A stretch of DNA of 64,000 bases from Chiloscyllium plagiosum (lineage: Eukaryota), in assembly GCF_004010195.1 (NCBI RefSeq), contig NC_057743.1, positions 23,409,970 through 23,473,969 of the forward strand. The letters are read 5' to 3'. The notes below the pieces were generated by a model. The model was given only the letters and a program-made list of their open reading frames with translations, was not told where the DNA came from and searched no databases. The position numbers and the translations under genes are program-made. Below, piece after piece: positions 1-13,580 of this stretch. How positions within the stretch are numbered: position 1 is the stretch's first letter; each line of letters begins with the position of its first letter.

Positions 1-283
1 AGTCAAATCCATCGAACTCAGCACCGCCTTCCTAACCTGCAATCTTCTTCCCGACCTCTCCGCCCCCACTCCCGTCTGACCTATCACCCTCACCTTGACC
101 TCTTTCCACCTATCACATTTCCGACGCCCCTCCCCCAAGTCCCTCCTCCCTACCTTTTATCTTAGCCTGCTGGACAAACTTTCCTCATTCCTGAAGAAGG
201 GCTTATGCCCGAAACGTCAATTCTCCTATTCCCTGGATGCTGCCTGACCTGCTGCGCTTTTCCAGCAACATATTTTCACCTCT
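1..283 (+). mobile_element. Penelope-like element 3' terminal repeat (family A)
   Basis: Near-identical to 6027-6310, which follows a GIY-YIG C-terminal ORF. Contains the hammerhead-like core at 191-218. Confidence 0.8.
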
Positions 284-3200
284 GTGACTTCAACCAACAC
301 CACTAAAACACAATTCTTTTGTACATGTTTGCTACATGTAAGTTAGAAGTGACTAATGTGATGAAGGGTGAATAGTATATAATTGCTATAGAATGTTACC
401 CTCCAGAAGCCATATTGCAATAAACTGAAGCTATTAAAGTTACAATCTATCAAATATAATTTGGGATTTAGAATTTAAAAAGAGGCAGATGGATGTGAGT
501 CAGTTTTGCAAAAGTATTTTTTAGCAGATCAGTAATGTTTTTAAACAGTGACCTAAGTGCATTAGTTCCAATAAAGTGTGTAACTGCAGTAAACTGCTTG
601 GCAGTCCTCTTTTAGTGTTAATTGTTGGAATATTCATACTGCTGAGTTTACACCAGATCAGAAAGCCATCAGGATTAGCTTTGAGTTAAGTTCAGAAGGG
701 ATAACAGTTTCTTCTAGCAGAAGAATTGAGTCTTTAGTTTGGGGAACTAGTCAACCTAGCTGAGGCTAGATATCTCTTCAAGTTCTTAGAACTGAATAGG
801 ATTATGAAAGTTTCATGATAGCAGACACAGAAAAGTCATAAAACTGTCTCTGCAATCCAAGGAGAATAAACTAAGAGGAGTCAGTTAAGCAAAAACTTAA
901 GGGTTGAGATAGGAGAGACATTTCTTTGGATTGAGTAGCTAGCTGTTAAAAGGATAGTGTTGGGGAACAGGTTGTTTTGCTGTTTCTATTAATATTTTTC
1001 CAACTCATTTATGGGATGTGGGTATTGTTGGCTAGATCAGCATTTGTTGCTATTCCTAATTTCCCTGAAGATGGTGATGAGCTGCTTTCTTGAAATGTTT
1101 TGGTCCTGCGGTGGTATTTAGAAGGGAGCTCCGAGATTTTGACCGAGAAGGTCCTGATTGTTTGTTCGGATATTTTCATCCTCTTCTGTTTTATGTTTTG
1201 TTGTTAAAGAAGATTTGGAGCCTCAGTGGCTAACCACCATGATAACCAACAGCAACAAAACCGTTCTGTCAAACAAGGTATCATTCTGAATCGGACTTCA
1301 TCAGTATAATTGGAATCACACTAGACTTCATAAGGTACTCCATTCGCTGTTATAGATCACCTTAGATAATTTGGAATGACTCAATTAAGAGTCTTTTTAT
1401 TTTCCTTCTTTTAAACACAGGAAGTAACTTGCACTGAGGTTTAATCAAAAAATGGACACATAACCAAAAGAGGCAATATTAGGAAAGGTGATCAAAGGTT
1501 TGGTGAAATAGTTGGATTTTAATTGTTTTTTTTTAAGATAGAAATGGAGAAGCATGTAAGTTTGGGAGTGAAACTGAAGGTTTATCTTTCAGATAGCTTG
1601 AAGTGCGGCTACCTAATGATGAAGAGAAGGGATGATTTATGAATATGAAGCCAGCTTCAGAGGAAGAGATTTTTGGGAGCAGTACTGTATGACAGGTGGG
1701 TGTAGAGATCAAGAGAGATGCTGTTGTAACACATCTTTGAACGTCATAAAAAGCCTACGTTCAAGTTCCACCTGACCCAGTGGGGTGTTGTAACACATCT
1801 GAACAGATCGATTAAAAATATCTATACAGAGTAGGAGGGACAAGGCCATAGAATTTGTGGACTAGAAAGGATACAAATTTGTAAATTGGAGGACCATAGC
1901 TATTTTACATTGTGAAAGCAGGCATTATGTAGAATAGGACATGACAGAAAAGTTCTAGATTAGAAGATGTTTACAGAGGATAGGAGGATAACCATGAGAC
2001 CATTGAAAATATTAAGTCCAAAAGTGACTTTGGCAAAGATATAAAATACTTCCATGGAAATAGATTAAAGCTGTAGCACTTAAGCAAGAAATAAGGAAAT
2101 AGAAATAAGATGATACGTGGTATACATTGCTGACAGGCTTTATTAGAGAGCATCAATATGCTTCTGCATTTAGAGACGTTTGTGGATATTGATACAGAAA
2201 GAAGATGACCTTAATGTTATTTCATAAGGACGTTCTGAGGTTTATGACTAATAGACAGAGGTTGGAACCAAAAAGGAATGGTTTTCTGAATGCAACTCAA
2301 ATTCATATTGAACATCAATTTATATTTACATAGCATCTTTAACAAAGAAAGATTCCAGGGCTTTTCACAATAGCAGTATAAAACAAACCATGACACTGAA
2401 CCATGTAAGATTCAGTTAGATGATCAAAATCTTGATCAGAGAAATTTGTTTAACGAGTGTCTAAAATGATGAAAGCAGAGAGTCAGTGAGACATAGGAAG
2501 TGAATACTAAAGCCTAGGCAATTGAAGACAAGGCCACCAAAGGTGGAGTGATTGTAACTGGAAAAAGACAATACACCAATCTGACCTCATACTGTTCCTT
2601 GATTACACAGCAATGAGAAGGGAGCAAAGGCAGATCTTGTCAACAGAATATTATAAACAGCAGTTCATGTTCAAAGGAAGTGAATCTATTGAAATTGTTT
2701 TTTTTTGTTTAAAGGCCACTTGTGAATTTTTCAAATAGTCTATTGTTGATTATTTTAAGATTCGCCCAACAAGAATTTAAATTAATAAAGCTCACTTGAC
2801 ATTTCAGAGGAATAATGCCATGAGGAGTAATTTTGACACTGTTGACATTAAGTAGATATTTGGACATGTGACTAATAGCTTTCCCAAAGAGGCCAATTGT
2901 AGGGAGGGTTTAAGAAGTGAAAGATGCAACAAGGTTTAGGGAGAAAACGTCAGAACATTATGCCTTAGGGAGCTGTAGGTGCTGGGTTATGGGGCTGCAG
3001 TAGTTCACAGAAATTGGGAGGAACAAAGGCAAGGAAGGATTTGAACACAAGAGAGAATTTTTAAATTTGAGCAGAGCTGGTCTGGAAACCAATATAGGTT
3101 AACATTCACAGAATAGTGGATGAAAAGGACATTGCAAGTCAAGAAATGCATAATAGTTTTGGAACTGTAATGTACAGAAAATGAAAGGTAGTTTGTTGGC

Positions 3201-3329
3201 TAGGAAAGTAATGAAATAATGCCAATAGTTAAAAAAAAACTTCCAGTAGAGGAGAAACATCTGGATAGAGTAGAGAGGGAGAAAATTGTCCCACTGGTGA
3301 AAGGATCAGATTTAAGAAAATGTCTATAT

Positions 3330-5246
3330 TTGAGGAGGCAGTGCTGGATGTCTTGAAATGCATGAAAGTGGATAAATCACCAGAAGCTAGAGAAATGATT
3401 GCTGGGCCCCTAGCTGAGATAAAGTGTTGCTGGAAAAGCGCAGCAGGTCAGGCAGCATCCAAGGAGCAGGAGAATTGACGTTTCGGGCATGAGCCCTTCT
3501 TCAGGAATGAGGAAAGTGTGTCCAGCAGNNNNNNNNNNNNNNNNNNNNNNNNNNNNNNCCACCTATCGCATTTCCAACGCCCCTCCCCCAAGTCCCTCCT
3601 CCCTACCTTTTATCTTAGCCTGCTGGACACACTTTCCTCATTCCTGAAGAAGGGCTCATGCCCGAAATGTCGATTCTCCTGCTCCTTGGATGCTGCCTGA
3701 CCTGCTGCGCTTTTCCAGCAACACATTTTCACCTCTGATCTCCAGCATCTGCAGACCTCACTTTCTCCCCTAGCTGAGATATTTGTATCATCGATAGTCA
3801 CTGGTGAGGTGCTGGAAGACTGAAAGTTGGTTAACGTGGTGCCATTATTTAAGAGAAATGGTAAGGAAAAGTCAGGAAACTATAGACCAGTGAGCCTGAC
3901 ATCGGTAGTGGACAAGTTGTTGGAGGGAATCCTGACAGACAGGATGTACATGTATTTGGAAAGACAAGGACTGATTCAGGATAGTCAACATGGCTTTATG
4001 CAGAGAAAATTATGTCTCACAAACTTGATTGAGTTTTTTGAAGAAGTAACAAAGAGGATTGGTGAGGGCAGAGCAGTAGATGTAATCGATATGGACTTCA
4101 GTAAGGCATTCAACTAGGTTCCCCACGGGAGACAGATTAGCAGGCTTAGATCTCATGGAATAGAGGGAGAACTAGCCATTTAGATACAGAATTGGCTCAA
4201 AGGTAGAAGACAGAGGGTGGTGGTGGAGAGCTGCTTTTCAAACTGGAGGCCTGTGACCAGTGGTGTGTCACAAGGATTGGTGCTGGGTCCACTACTTTTC
4301 ATCATTTATATAAATGATTTGGATGTGAGCGTAGGAGGTATAGTTAGTAGGTTTGCAGGTGGAGGTCTAGTGGACAGCAAAGAAGGATACATCAGATTAA
4401 AACTGGATCTTGATCAGATGGGACAATGGGCTGATGAGTGGCAGATGGAGTTTAATTCAGATAAATATGAGGTGCTGCATTTTGGAAAAGCAAATCTTAG
4501 CAGGACTTATACACTTAATGGTAAGATCCTAGGGAGTGTTGCTGAACAAAGAGACCTTGGAGTGCAGGTTCATAGTTCCTTGAAAGTAGAGTTGCAGGTA
4601 CATAGACCAGTAAAGAAGGCAGTTGGTATGCTTTCCTTTATTGGTCAGAGCATTGGGTACCTGAGTTGGGAGGTCATGTTGCAGCTGTACAGGACATTGG
4701 TTAGGCCTCTGTTGGAATATTGCATACAATTCTGGTCTCCTTCCTATTGGAAGGATGTTGTGAAACTTGAAAGGATTCAGAAAAGATTTACAAGAATGTT
4801 GCCAGGGTTGGAAAATATAGGGAGAGGCTAAATAGGTTGGGGCTGTTTTCCCTGGAGTGCTGGAGGCTGAGGGGTGACCTTATAGAGGTTTATGAAATCA
4901 TGAGGGACATGGATAGGATAAATAGACAAGGTATTTTCCCTGGGGTCAGGGAGTCCTGAACTAGAGGGCATAGGTTCAGGGTGAGAGGTGAAAGATATAA
5001 AAGGGATCGAAGGGGCAACTCTTTCCTCGCAGAGGGTGGTACTTGCATGGAATGAACTGCCAAAGGAAGTGGTGGAGACTGGTAGAATTGCAATATTTAA
5101 AAGGCATCTGGAAGGGTATATAAATAAGAAGGGTTTAGAGACCAAGTACTGGCAAATGGGACTAGATTAGTTTGGGATAACTGGTCAGCATGGACAAGTT
5201 GGACCAAAGGGTCTGTTTCTGTTCTGTACATCTCTACGACTCTACA
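3330..5246 (+). mobile_element. CR1-type LINE, 5'-truncated, degenerate ORF2 (RT)
   Basis: ORFs 3827-4117 (GNYRPVSLTS, QHGF, DFSKAF) and 4217-4831 (VTSGVSQG.VLGPLLF..YINDL, LYRTLVRPLLEYC), ending in a ctacgactcta-type 3' tail. Confidence 0.9.
3422..3766. mobile_element. Inverted Penelope-terminus element inserted in CR1
   Basis: Family A terminus in both orientations around a gap, flanked by the exact 15-bp duplication cccctagctgagata (3407-3421 / 3767-3781). Confidence 0.8.
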
Positions 5247-5719
5247 ATTGTCAAAAGAGGCAGTAAGTGACCTGAGGAACCTTTCACCCAGCCTATGGTT
5301 AGGTAGTGAATGCATTGCTAAGAATGTAGTGGAGGCAGGTTTCAAGCAGGAATTGAGTTGAATTGTAGTTTGAAAATGAAGAATTTGAATAGCAATGAAG
5401 GTGTAGAACCATGTGAATTGCTCCTTCAAAGGACCAGCACAGTCACAATGAGCTAAATGGTCTCCTCCTGTACTGTAAATTTCAGTGATGCTGCTGGCCC
5501 TGACTAAAGGCCTGGTCTGTACTGACCCAAAAATATATTTGACCATTTTAGTCTATGGTCATGTGACTAACATGAGGAATTACAACAAAGATTGTCAAGG
5601 TAAAAACAATGACTGCAGATGCTGGAAACCAGATTCTGGATCAATGGTGCTGGAAGAGCACAGCAATTCAGGCAGCATCGAGGAGCTTCAGCTTGTCATA
5701 CAACCACCCAAGTATCACA

Positions 5720-6630
5720 TGGAATCATACAGTTCAAAAGAGGCCATTTGGTCCATTCTGTCTGCACCAACCCTCCAAAACATGTTTCAGAGAACACCTC
5801 TGGGACACCCGGACCAACCAACCCAACCACCCTGTAGCTCAACATTTCAATTCCCCCTCCCACTCCACCAAGGATATGCAGGTCTTTGGACTCCTCCATC
5901 GTCAGACCACAACAAAACGACGGTTGGAGGAAGAACGCCTCATCTTCCGGCTAGGAACCCTCCAACCACAAGGGATGAACTCGGATTTCACCAGTTTCCT
6001 CATTTCCCCTCCCCCCACCCTGTCTCAGTCAAATCCATCAAATTCAGCACCGCCTTCCTAACCTGAGATCTTCTTCCCGACCTCTCCGCCCCCACCCCAG
6101 TCTGACCTATCACCCTCACCTTGACCTCTTTCCACCTATCACATTTCCGACGCCCCTCCCCCAAGTCCCTCCTCCCTACCTTTTATCTTAGCCTGCTGGA
6201 CAAACTTTCCCCATTCCTGAAGAAGGGCTTATGCCCGAAACGTCGATTCTCCTGTTCCCTGGATGCTGCCTGACCTGCTGCGCTTTTCCAGCAACACATT
6301 TCCAGCTCTGATCTCCAGCATCTGCAGACCTCACTTTCCGCTCCAAAACATATCCCCACCCAAATCCATACTCTATCCTTGTCTTCCCATTTTTTCTCTG
6401 GCTGATGCATCTATCTTGCACAACCCAGGAAACTGTGGAGATTTCTTTTGTATGGCCAATTCACCTAACCTGCACATCTTTGGACTGTGGGAGGAAACCA
6501 GAGCACCCAGAGGAAACCCACACAGACACGGGGAGAACATGCAAACTTCATAGACAGTTGTGCAAGGCTGGAATCAAACCCATGTCAAACCCATGTCCAG
6601 GCACTGTGAGCAGCACTGCTAACCATTACT
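5720..6630 (-). mobile_element. HE1-like tRNA-derived SINE (interrupted by the Penelope insertion)
   Basis: 6450-6630 is the reverse complement of the SINE body at 46431 and 58540; its CR1-like tail is split by the 5784-6340 insertion. Confidence 0.65.
5784..6340 (+). mobile_element. 5'-truncated Penelope-like element (GIY-YIG C-terminus plus terminal repeat)
   Basis: FREHLWDTRTNQPNHPVAQHFN...EERLIFRLGTLQPQGMN. 11-bp duplication ctccaaaacat (5773-5783 / 6341-6351). Confidence 0.85.
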
Positions 6631-7174
6631 TCCTACACCCTTTCAAGTTTCATGTCCTTGGCCCCCAACCTTGAATGTATGACAGTCAAATGCTTATCCA
6701 AGGGTTGTGAGGTTTCACCCTCCCAGGATATTCGGATAACGAAAAGAGCTGCTTATCTGATAGATCCTCACCTACACAGAAAGGTGAACTCAGTTTGTCA
6801 TTTTTAAAATATAATAACCTGAATTAGTTGTTACAAAGCCTGCGTTCAGATATATTTTCATTCCCTTAAAATTTTTCATCATATCTATCGGACATTGAGA
6901 GTTGGGGTTAGAAAGAAAAACTGGATATAATGTATCTAATATCAGATTAGGCCCCTATCCCTATTATGTGAAGATGCAGGACTTCGGTTAACATTAGGCA
7001 CAGGTTAGTTAGTCGGCCCCATGCACTGAGCTTGTGCCTCATGGACGCTTATGAGAGACCAAGCAATCTCTGGTACAACACCAAGCAATCTCTGGTCTGA
7101 CCAGAAATCATTGTCTGAACTGTTTTAACGTTAGTGATTCTGTTATTCGTTACTGGCACTTATTGAATTCGTAC

Positions 7175-7309
7175 CTTGTATACGTCGTAGGATTCAATCC
7201 TGGTATCAAAACACATGTACAAATTGTTCAACATCTCCACCACCTGCAGAGGCGTACACGAGGCAGCGATGGTGGTGAATCCTACAATGTCCGAGAAATA
7301 AATTGTCAC
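7175..7309 (-). CDS. Guanylyl cyclase catalytic-domain exon (atypical NIT-like GC gene)
   Basis: Not in the ORF track. The reverse strand reads cag|GTG...AAG|gtac, 135 nt, phase 0/0, encoding [45 protein letters not shown]. This is the start of a class III cyclase domain of GC type and continues in frame from ...VEAESYEQ of the 14557 exon. The next exon (expected VETIGDAYM) was not found in 1-7174. Confidence 0.93.
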
Positions 7310-10239
7310 CTGCCAACAAAATGTAAACGTGTACAGACGCTAAATTAAGAAGCTTGTATTGTTCCTCCAGTTCAAAGTCGCATACACTTCGCGAAACAAT
7401 GGTCCTGAATTTGGCCTGAACATTGATAACACATTCACAGTGAGAAGTAGGAGGCTGCAGTTTTCTGCAGGCCTACAATAGCAGCTACCATTGGACGGTG
7501 TATTAATGTACCCTACAGCTGGGTTTCTTTTGATTTAATCTTTTGATTCAGTAACTTGATGATATAAGCATTCTGACGTGTAATCCAGAGATTTTAAACC
7601 GAATGCATAAACTTTCCCAGATCAGTAACCCAACAGTTCCTTTCAAGGTCAATATCATAGAGTCTATGTAAAGATAGTGGTCATTCGGTTCATTGTGCCT
7701 TTATTGGCTCTTTGACAGAGCCACTTCAAATCGTAACTATTCACGATGTTCAAACTCCATTACCTTTTTCGCCAGTTCGCTTAACCACCTCTCGTCCATG
7801 CACCTTCCATGTGTATGAGTATCTCTGGATATTCTCGATATCCTTCATACTTTTGAACATCTCTTTCAAATTCCCCAACAGCCTCTGTTCTAAGGAAAAC
7901 CATACTTGCTGTTCCAATTTTCCTCTGTCTGAGATCCCTTCATCCGCGGTACCACTCCGGTAAATCTCAGCATTCCCCAGCCCCTCTCAAGGTTTTAATA
8001 CCCTTTCTGGAAGTTACGCGCTTAGAATTGCACACAACACTGACTTTCGCTTAACACGAGATTTAGAACGTTTTACTATATAGCACTCAAATAAACGCGA
8101 AATACTGCTACACTGGGAATGCTGCAGGAACTCGGCAGGACTGGCAGCATCTGTGGAGAGAGAAAGAGTTAACGTTTCGAGACCAATCTGTCGCTTCAGA
8201 ACCTGTGTTCTTCCTCTGAGTGTTAAAACTAAGGTTCCGAATTTCCATCACTGTACCTGACATCACTTGCAATAAGCTGAAAAGAACGGCTTCATTATTG
8301 CAGTGCAATGAGGCCCAAGTGGAACCTCTCGGGGTTGCATTGAGTTCCGACTGGACTCCCAGTGTTACCTCGTCCGTGATGCAGTTTAGATCTGACACCA
8401 CGAGGTACAAATGGATAGAAATTGAGGTTTAAGGATTTGCACTTAGATGTCACCAGTTGAGCTGGAACACAGCGCCTTTCATATTGTTAAGGAATTGGGG
8501 GGGTGAGCAGGATATTTTTCGCGCTGTACCTGAAATACAATGAGGTGCAGATATTGCTGGCAGCTGCGTGTAAACAGAAAGTGCAAGCCTGTTGAGTCTC
8601 CCAGAACTCCTTCCAACCACCGCAGATATCGTGTATTCCCAACGTAGGAAACTGGGCAATCAATTTGTTTTTGCACTGCATCCGGATAGCTGCTTATTTA
8701 TCATCCCCATTCTCTACATTTTCCTTAAGAACCAAAGATAGGTAATTGACTAATTATGTGTAATTATTTGCAAACAATGATGCCCTTGGGCAGCTTTCAG
8801 ATGCAAATAAACCCGTCCGGCTGGCCAAACCCGACAGTCATTTTGCTGCCTTGAAAAAGTGTTTTGGGCCTGCAACTCGAAATATCTTTTGAAGCTCGCT
8901 CTGCACAATTCCTGCTCTCTTTAAAACTGAGCTTTGTTACAGACTGTATTCGAGAACTGGTACTTGTCCCAACGTATCATGTTTTATTCTGCAATGTCCG
9001 GTAGGAATTTTCTAATAGCGATTTAATTATTTTTTTTTAAATTACAAAGTATTTTAGAAAATCATGCACTATAAGTCAGAAACGTTTAGGCGTACTTTGT
9101 TGCAAAGGCACAAGGTTTTTGGGTGGAACTGCGTATGGTGGTATTGCCTCGATATTATCAACACTGAATTAAATGCTGCACTCACTGGAAACCTCTTCAG
9201 AAGGATACGGAAATGAAAGCATAACTCGACTTGAAACACAACCATAGCATGCGTCAAAGTTCCTGAAATGTCCCCTACAAAGGATTCAGACAGTCGGATC
9301 AAATTCGAGTTCTACATAATTCTCCTACTGTTGGTTTAGCCAATTGCCAAAAAGTTTAAAATGATATGGTAAGAGCAGTTATACTGCAGTGTAATTCAAT
9401 GGCTAATGTCGTCATATTCTTCCTAAGATGTAAAGCCCCAAACTGGATACATAGTCTTATGGAGGCCAAACCAGTGTTTTATAAAGGCTCGTCATGACGT
9501 TCTTGGTTTACAATTGCTGTAAAAATGCTAATTTTGTTGAAGTCATCTTCACTCATCAGAATAATCTGCAAAAAAATGCCAAAGGAAAGGGAAAATAACA
9601 TTTGTTGTGTCAGAGAAGACAGTGCTTAATTGTTGACAAGTGGATTCTGAATGAGGAATGCATTAGTTAATGATGACTGATAGATAACTGCTTTAAAAAA
9701 AAATTAAACCAGGCAGATTGATTCTGATTAAATGAACCGGAGAATGGCTGTCACTTTCTTTTATATATTATTTAATGGAAAGCAGGCATTGTTGGCATTT
9801 TCTGCCCATCCTTAATTGCCCTTGAACTGCTAACTGGGCCGTTTCAGAGGACTGTTACATGTCAACCACACTGTGGATCCACAGTCACATGAAGACCAGA
9901 CAAAGCAGATTTGCTTCCCATTGGTGAACCACATGGTATTTTTTGACAATGATTCCACAGATGCCATTAGACTACCTTTAAATTTCAGATTTCATTAAAT
10001 TCAAATTTCACTGTTGCCATGCTGGAATTTGAATCCATATCACCAGAATATTAAATAAAAATAGGAAGTGCTGAAGAAATTCAGTCTGACAGCACCTGCG
10101 GAGAGACAAAACAGACGCAACACTACCAGTAGAATGACCCTTCATTAGACCTTCCCCAGAATATTAACCTGGATCTTTGAATTACTAGCGAAGTGATATT
10201 ACTACAATGTCACTGCCTCCCTCTAATTTGTTGAGTTGA

Positions 10240-11110
10240 AACAGGCATGTTATTTTCACCTGATAAGAAGGTGAAATTATTAATATTTGTAGCTTCCACT
10301 ATATGCAAGTGCACCACATTGCAAGCCAGACTGACAATGTCATATATTTGTTGTTGGTGTAATTCTTCACACACTAGGGTTTGCCCAGTCGTGGAGTCAC
10401 ATCTAATATTGAACACTGTTTTGTGAGTTTTGCAAGCATGGGCTAGTTGTGTGCAATTAGAACTTTGCTTGTTGTGAACAACCAAAGGGATATGCTGTTT
10501 GATATGATCCAGCAGCTTTGGGACTGACGGCTTACATACCAAGCATTGCACCAGAACTGAAGTGTATATACTACATTACTCATTTGTATATTATGTGAAC
10601 ATCTCTTTGGCTTGATGCCAGCATTCAGTTAATGGTGAACATCACTCATGCAACTACTGCTTAGAAACAGGGTGAGCTGGAAAGGTGAACAACCAACTTG
10701 GACTATATATACAAATTTTCTGATTAAGGCTAATTATATTGCTTGTGGAGCTGTATGAATACTAACATGTATATTGACCAGTGAAGGCAGGGTTGCAGTC
10801 AACAATGGCAGAGATCACCATGGCCAATTTTTCAACATCTTCGACATCAGGAGATGGAGCTTATTTTACTGCTAAATTGGCAAATTTGAACATGGGGGGA
10901 ATCTCATTAAGATGTGTAAATAACTTTTATACAAAAAGCAGTATGACCTCAGTCAATTTCAGCTCAGGCGGCTGCTTCCCAATCCCCTTTATACGTCCAA
11001 CAATTAAAAACATTCTTGATCCCAAAACTTTAACTGAGGTTTTGGCTGCCAGTGTGCCCTCTATTTTGTGTATTCTCACCTTTCTGAAAATCCCAATGTG
11101 AAGTTTATGC
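10240..11110 (-). mobile_element. Old, degenerate Penelope-like element (second lineage)
   Basis: Across frameshifts the reverse strand gives MLASSQRDV...QMSNVVY...C.AWYV...LLDHIKQHIP...CDSTTGQ...HLHIVEA, a decayed GIY-YIG endonuclease region. Confidence 0.65.
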
Positions 11111-11299
11111 TGTTTAATTGTCAAACATTCCTGGGCTCCTTAATCACTGGAGCAGTAACACAGTGAGTGTTTGTGTCTGAGCTCAGGAGATTAGGCAGAG
11201 ACACTACGGCTGACATCTCAACCCTAAACATAATCCCCAGCGTCAGCAGGCAACATGGAAGTATCATCCTGAATCGCAATTGGGCTACAGAAAGGAATA

Positions 11300-13580
11300 A
11301 GTGGGAAAGCAAGAAGTGAGAATGGCATAAAAAAGCTAAGATGATTATAGATAAGTTAAATGAGTAGGCAAAAACTTGGCAGTTGGAATGCAATGTGGGA
11401 AAATGTGAGGTTATGTACTTTGGCAGGAAGAATGGAAGAGCTGAATATTATTTAAATGAAGAAAATCCTCAAAGTTGCAACACAGAGGAATGTGAAGGTC
11501 TTTGTGCATGAATCATAAAAAGCTAGCATCCAAATTAAGAAGGAGTGTAGTACAAAAATGGGAATGCCTTGCTAAAACTATACAAAACACTAGTCAAACC
11601 TCGGAGAAAGTGAGGACTGCAGATGCTGGAGACCAGAGTTGAAAAATGTGGTGCTGGAAAAACACAGCAGGCCAGGCAGCATCCAAGGAGCAGGAGAATC
11701 GACGTTTCGGGCATAAGCCCTTCTTCAGGAATGAAGCTGGTGTGCCAAGCGGGCTGAGATAAAATGTAGGGGGGAGGGAATTTGAGGGAGGTGCGCTGGG
11801 AATACGATAGGTGGAAGGAGGTGAGGGTGAGGGTGATAGGCCGGAGAAGGGGTGGGGGCGAAGAGATTGAGAAGAAGATTGCAGATCAAGAGGGTGGTGC
11901 TGAATCTGGGGGTTGGGACTGAGATAAGGTGGGGGGAGGGGAAATGAGGAAGCTGGAGAAATCTACATTCATCCCGTGTGGTTGGAGGGTTCCTAAGTGG
12001 AATATGAGGTGCTCTTCCTCCAAGCGTCATGTGCATGTCCTTGGCGGAGTGGGAGAGGGAGTTAAAGTGTTCAGCCATGGGGCGGTTGGGTTGGTTGGTG
12101 CGGGTGTCCCAGAGGTGTTCCCTGAAACGTTCCACAAGTAGGCGGCCTGTCTCCCCAATGTAGTGGAGGCCACATTGGGTGCAGCAGATACAGTAAATGA
12201 TGTGTGTGGAGGTGCAGGTGAATTTGCGATGAATATGGAAGGATCCATTGGGGCCTTGGAGGGAGGTGAGGGGGGAGGTGTGGGCACAAGTTTTGCACTT
12301 CTTGTAGTTGCAGGGGAAGGTGCCGGGAGTGGAGGTTGGGTTGTGGGGAGTGCGGACCTGACGAGGGAGTTGCGGAGGGAGTGGTCTCACCAGAACGCTG
12401 ATGGAGTGGGGAGTGAAATATATCCCTGGGTGGCAGGGTCTGTTTGGAGGTGGCAGAAATGACGGAGGATGATACAATATATCCGGAGGTTGGTGGGGTG
12501 GAAGGTGAGGACCAGTGGGGTTCGGTACTGGTGGCAATTGGAGGGGTGGGGTTCAAGAGCGGAGGTGTGGGAAGTGGAGGAGATGCAGTGGAGAGCATCG
12601 NNNNNNNNNNNNNNNNNNNNNNNNNNNNNNNNNNNNNNNNNNNNNNNNNNNNNNNNNNNNNNNNNNNNNNNNNNNNNNNNNNNNNNNNNNNNNNNNNNNN
12701 NNNNNNNNNNNNNNNNNNNNNNNNNNNNNNNNNNNNNNNNNNNNNNNNNNNNNNNNNNNNNNNNNNNNNNNNNNNNNNNNNNNNNNNNNNNNNNNNNNNN
12801 NNNNNNNNNNNNNNNNNNNNNNNNNNNNNNNNNNNNNNNNNNNNNNNNNNNNNNNNNNNNNNNNNNNNNNNNNNNNNAGTCGGTCGGTTTGTAGTAAATG
12901 TCTGTGTTGAGTCAGTCGCCCAAGATAGAAATGGAGAGGTCTAGGAAGGGGAGGGAGGAGTCTGAGACGGTCCAGGTAAATTTGAGGTCAGGGTGGAAGG
13001 TGTTGGTAAAGTGGATGAACTGTTCAACCTCCTCGTGGGAGCACGAGGTAGCGCCAATATAATCATCAATGTAGCGGAGGAAAAGGTGGGGGGTGGTGCC
13101 AGTGTAGTCAAACCTCACCTGAAATATTGTGAACAGTTTTGGTCCCCTTATCTAAGAAAATATGTAGTGGCACTGGAAGCAGCCCAGGTAATGTTTACTT
13201 GATAGATTCTGAATCTGGGTGAGTTATTTTCTGAGGAGAGGTTGCGTTGGTTGGACTTGTACTGGTTGGAATTTAAAAGACTGAGAGGAGATTCTTATGG
13301 GACTTGATAAGGTAGATATGGAGAGGCTATTACCCCTTGTGGAAGAGTCCAGGACCAGAGGGCATAATTTCTGAGTACTGTAATAGGTTGCCCATTTAAA
13401 AACAGATGAGGATTTTTTTAGTGAATCTGTGGCATTCTTTATAGCGGAAAACTGGGGAGGCTGGGCAATTAAGTATATTCAAGGCTGGAATAGACAGATT
13501 TTGGTCAGTAAAGGAATTCAGTGTTGGGGGATAGAAAAGGGAAGTAGAGTTGAGGATTATCGGTCAGCCATGATCTCATT
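11300..13580 (+). mobile_element. Degenerate CR1 3' fragment hosting the Penelope insertion
   Basis: WQLECNVGKCEV..FG before the insertion; LYKTLVKPHLKYCEQFWSPYL is restored across it. Confidence 0.7.
11603..13104 (-). mobile_element. Penelope-like element (RT plus GIY-YIG), spans an assembly gap
   Basis: LFLRYIDD (RT, ORF 12912-13118) and CKTC...FTCTSTHIIYCICCTQCGLHYIGETGRLLVERFREH (GIY-YIG). Terminal repeat with hammerhead at ~11701-11728. 12-bp duplication tagtcaaacctc (11591-11602 / 13105-13116) inside a CR1 fragment. Confidence 0.9.

Noticed and set aside
7058-7096. 17-bp direct repeat with a 5-nt spacer (similar 15-bp pair at 1722/1786)
   Set aside because: Only two copies; a local micro-duplication, not an array or CRISPR-like structure.
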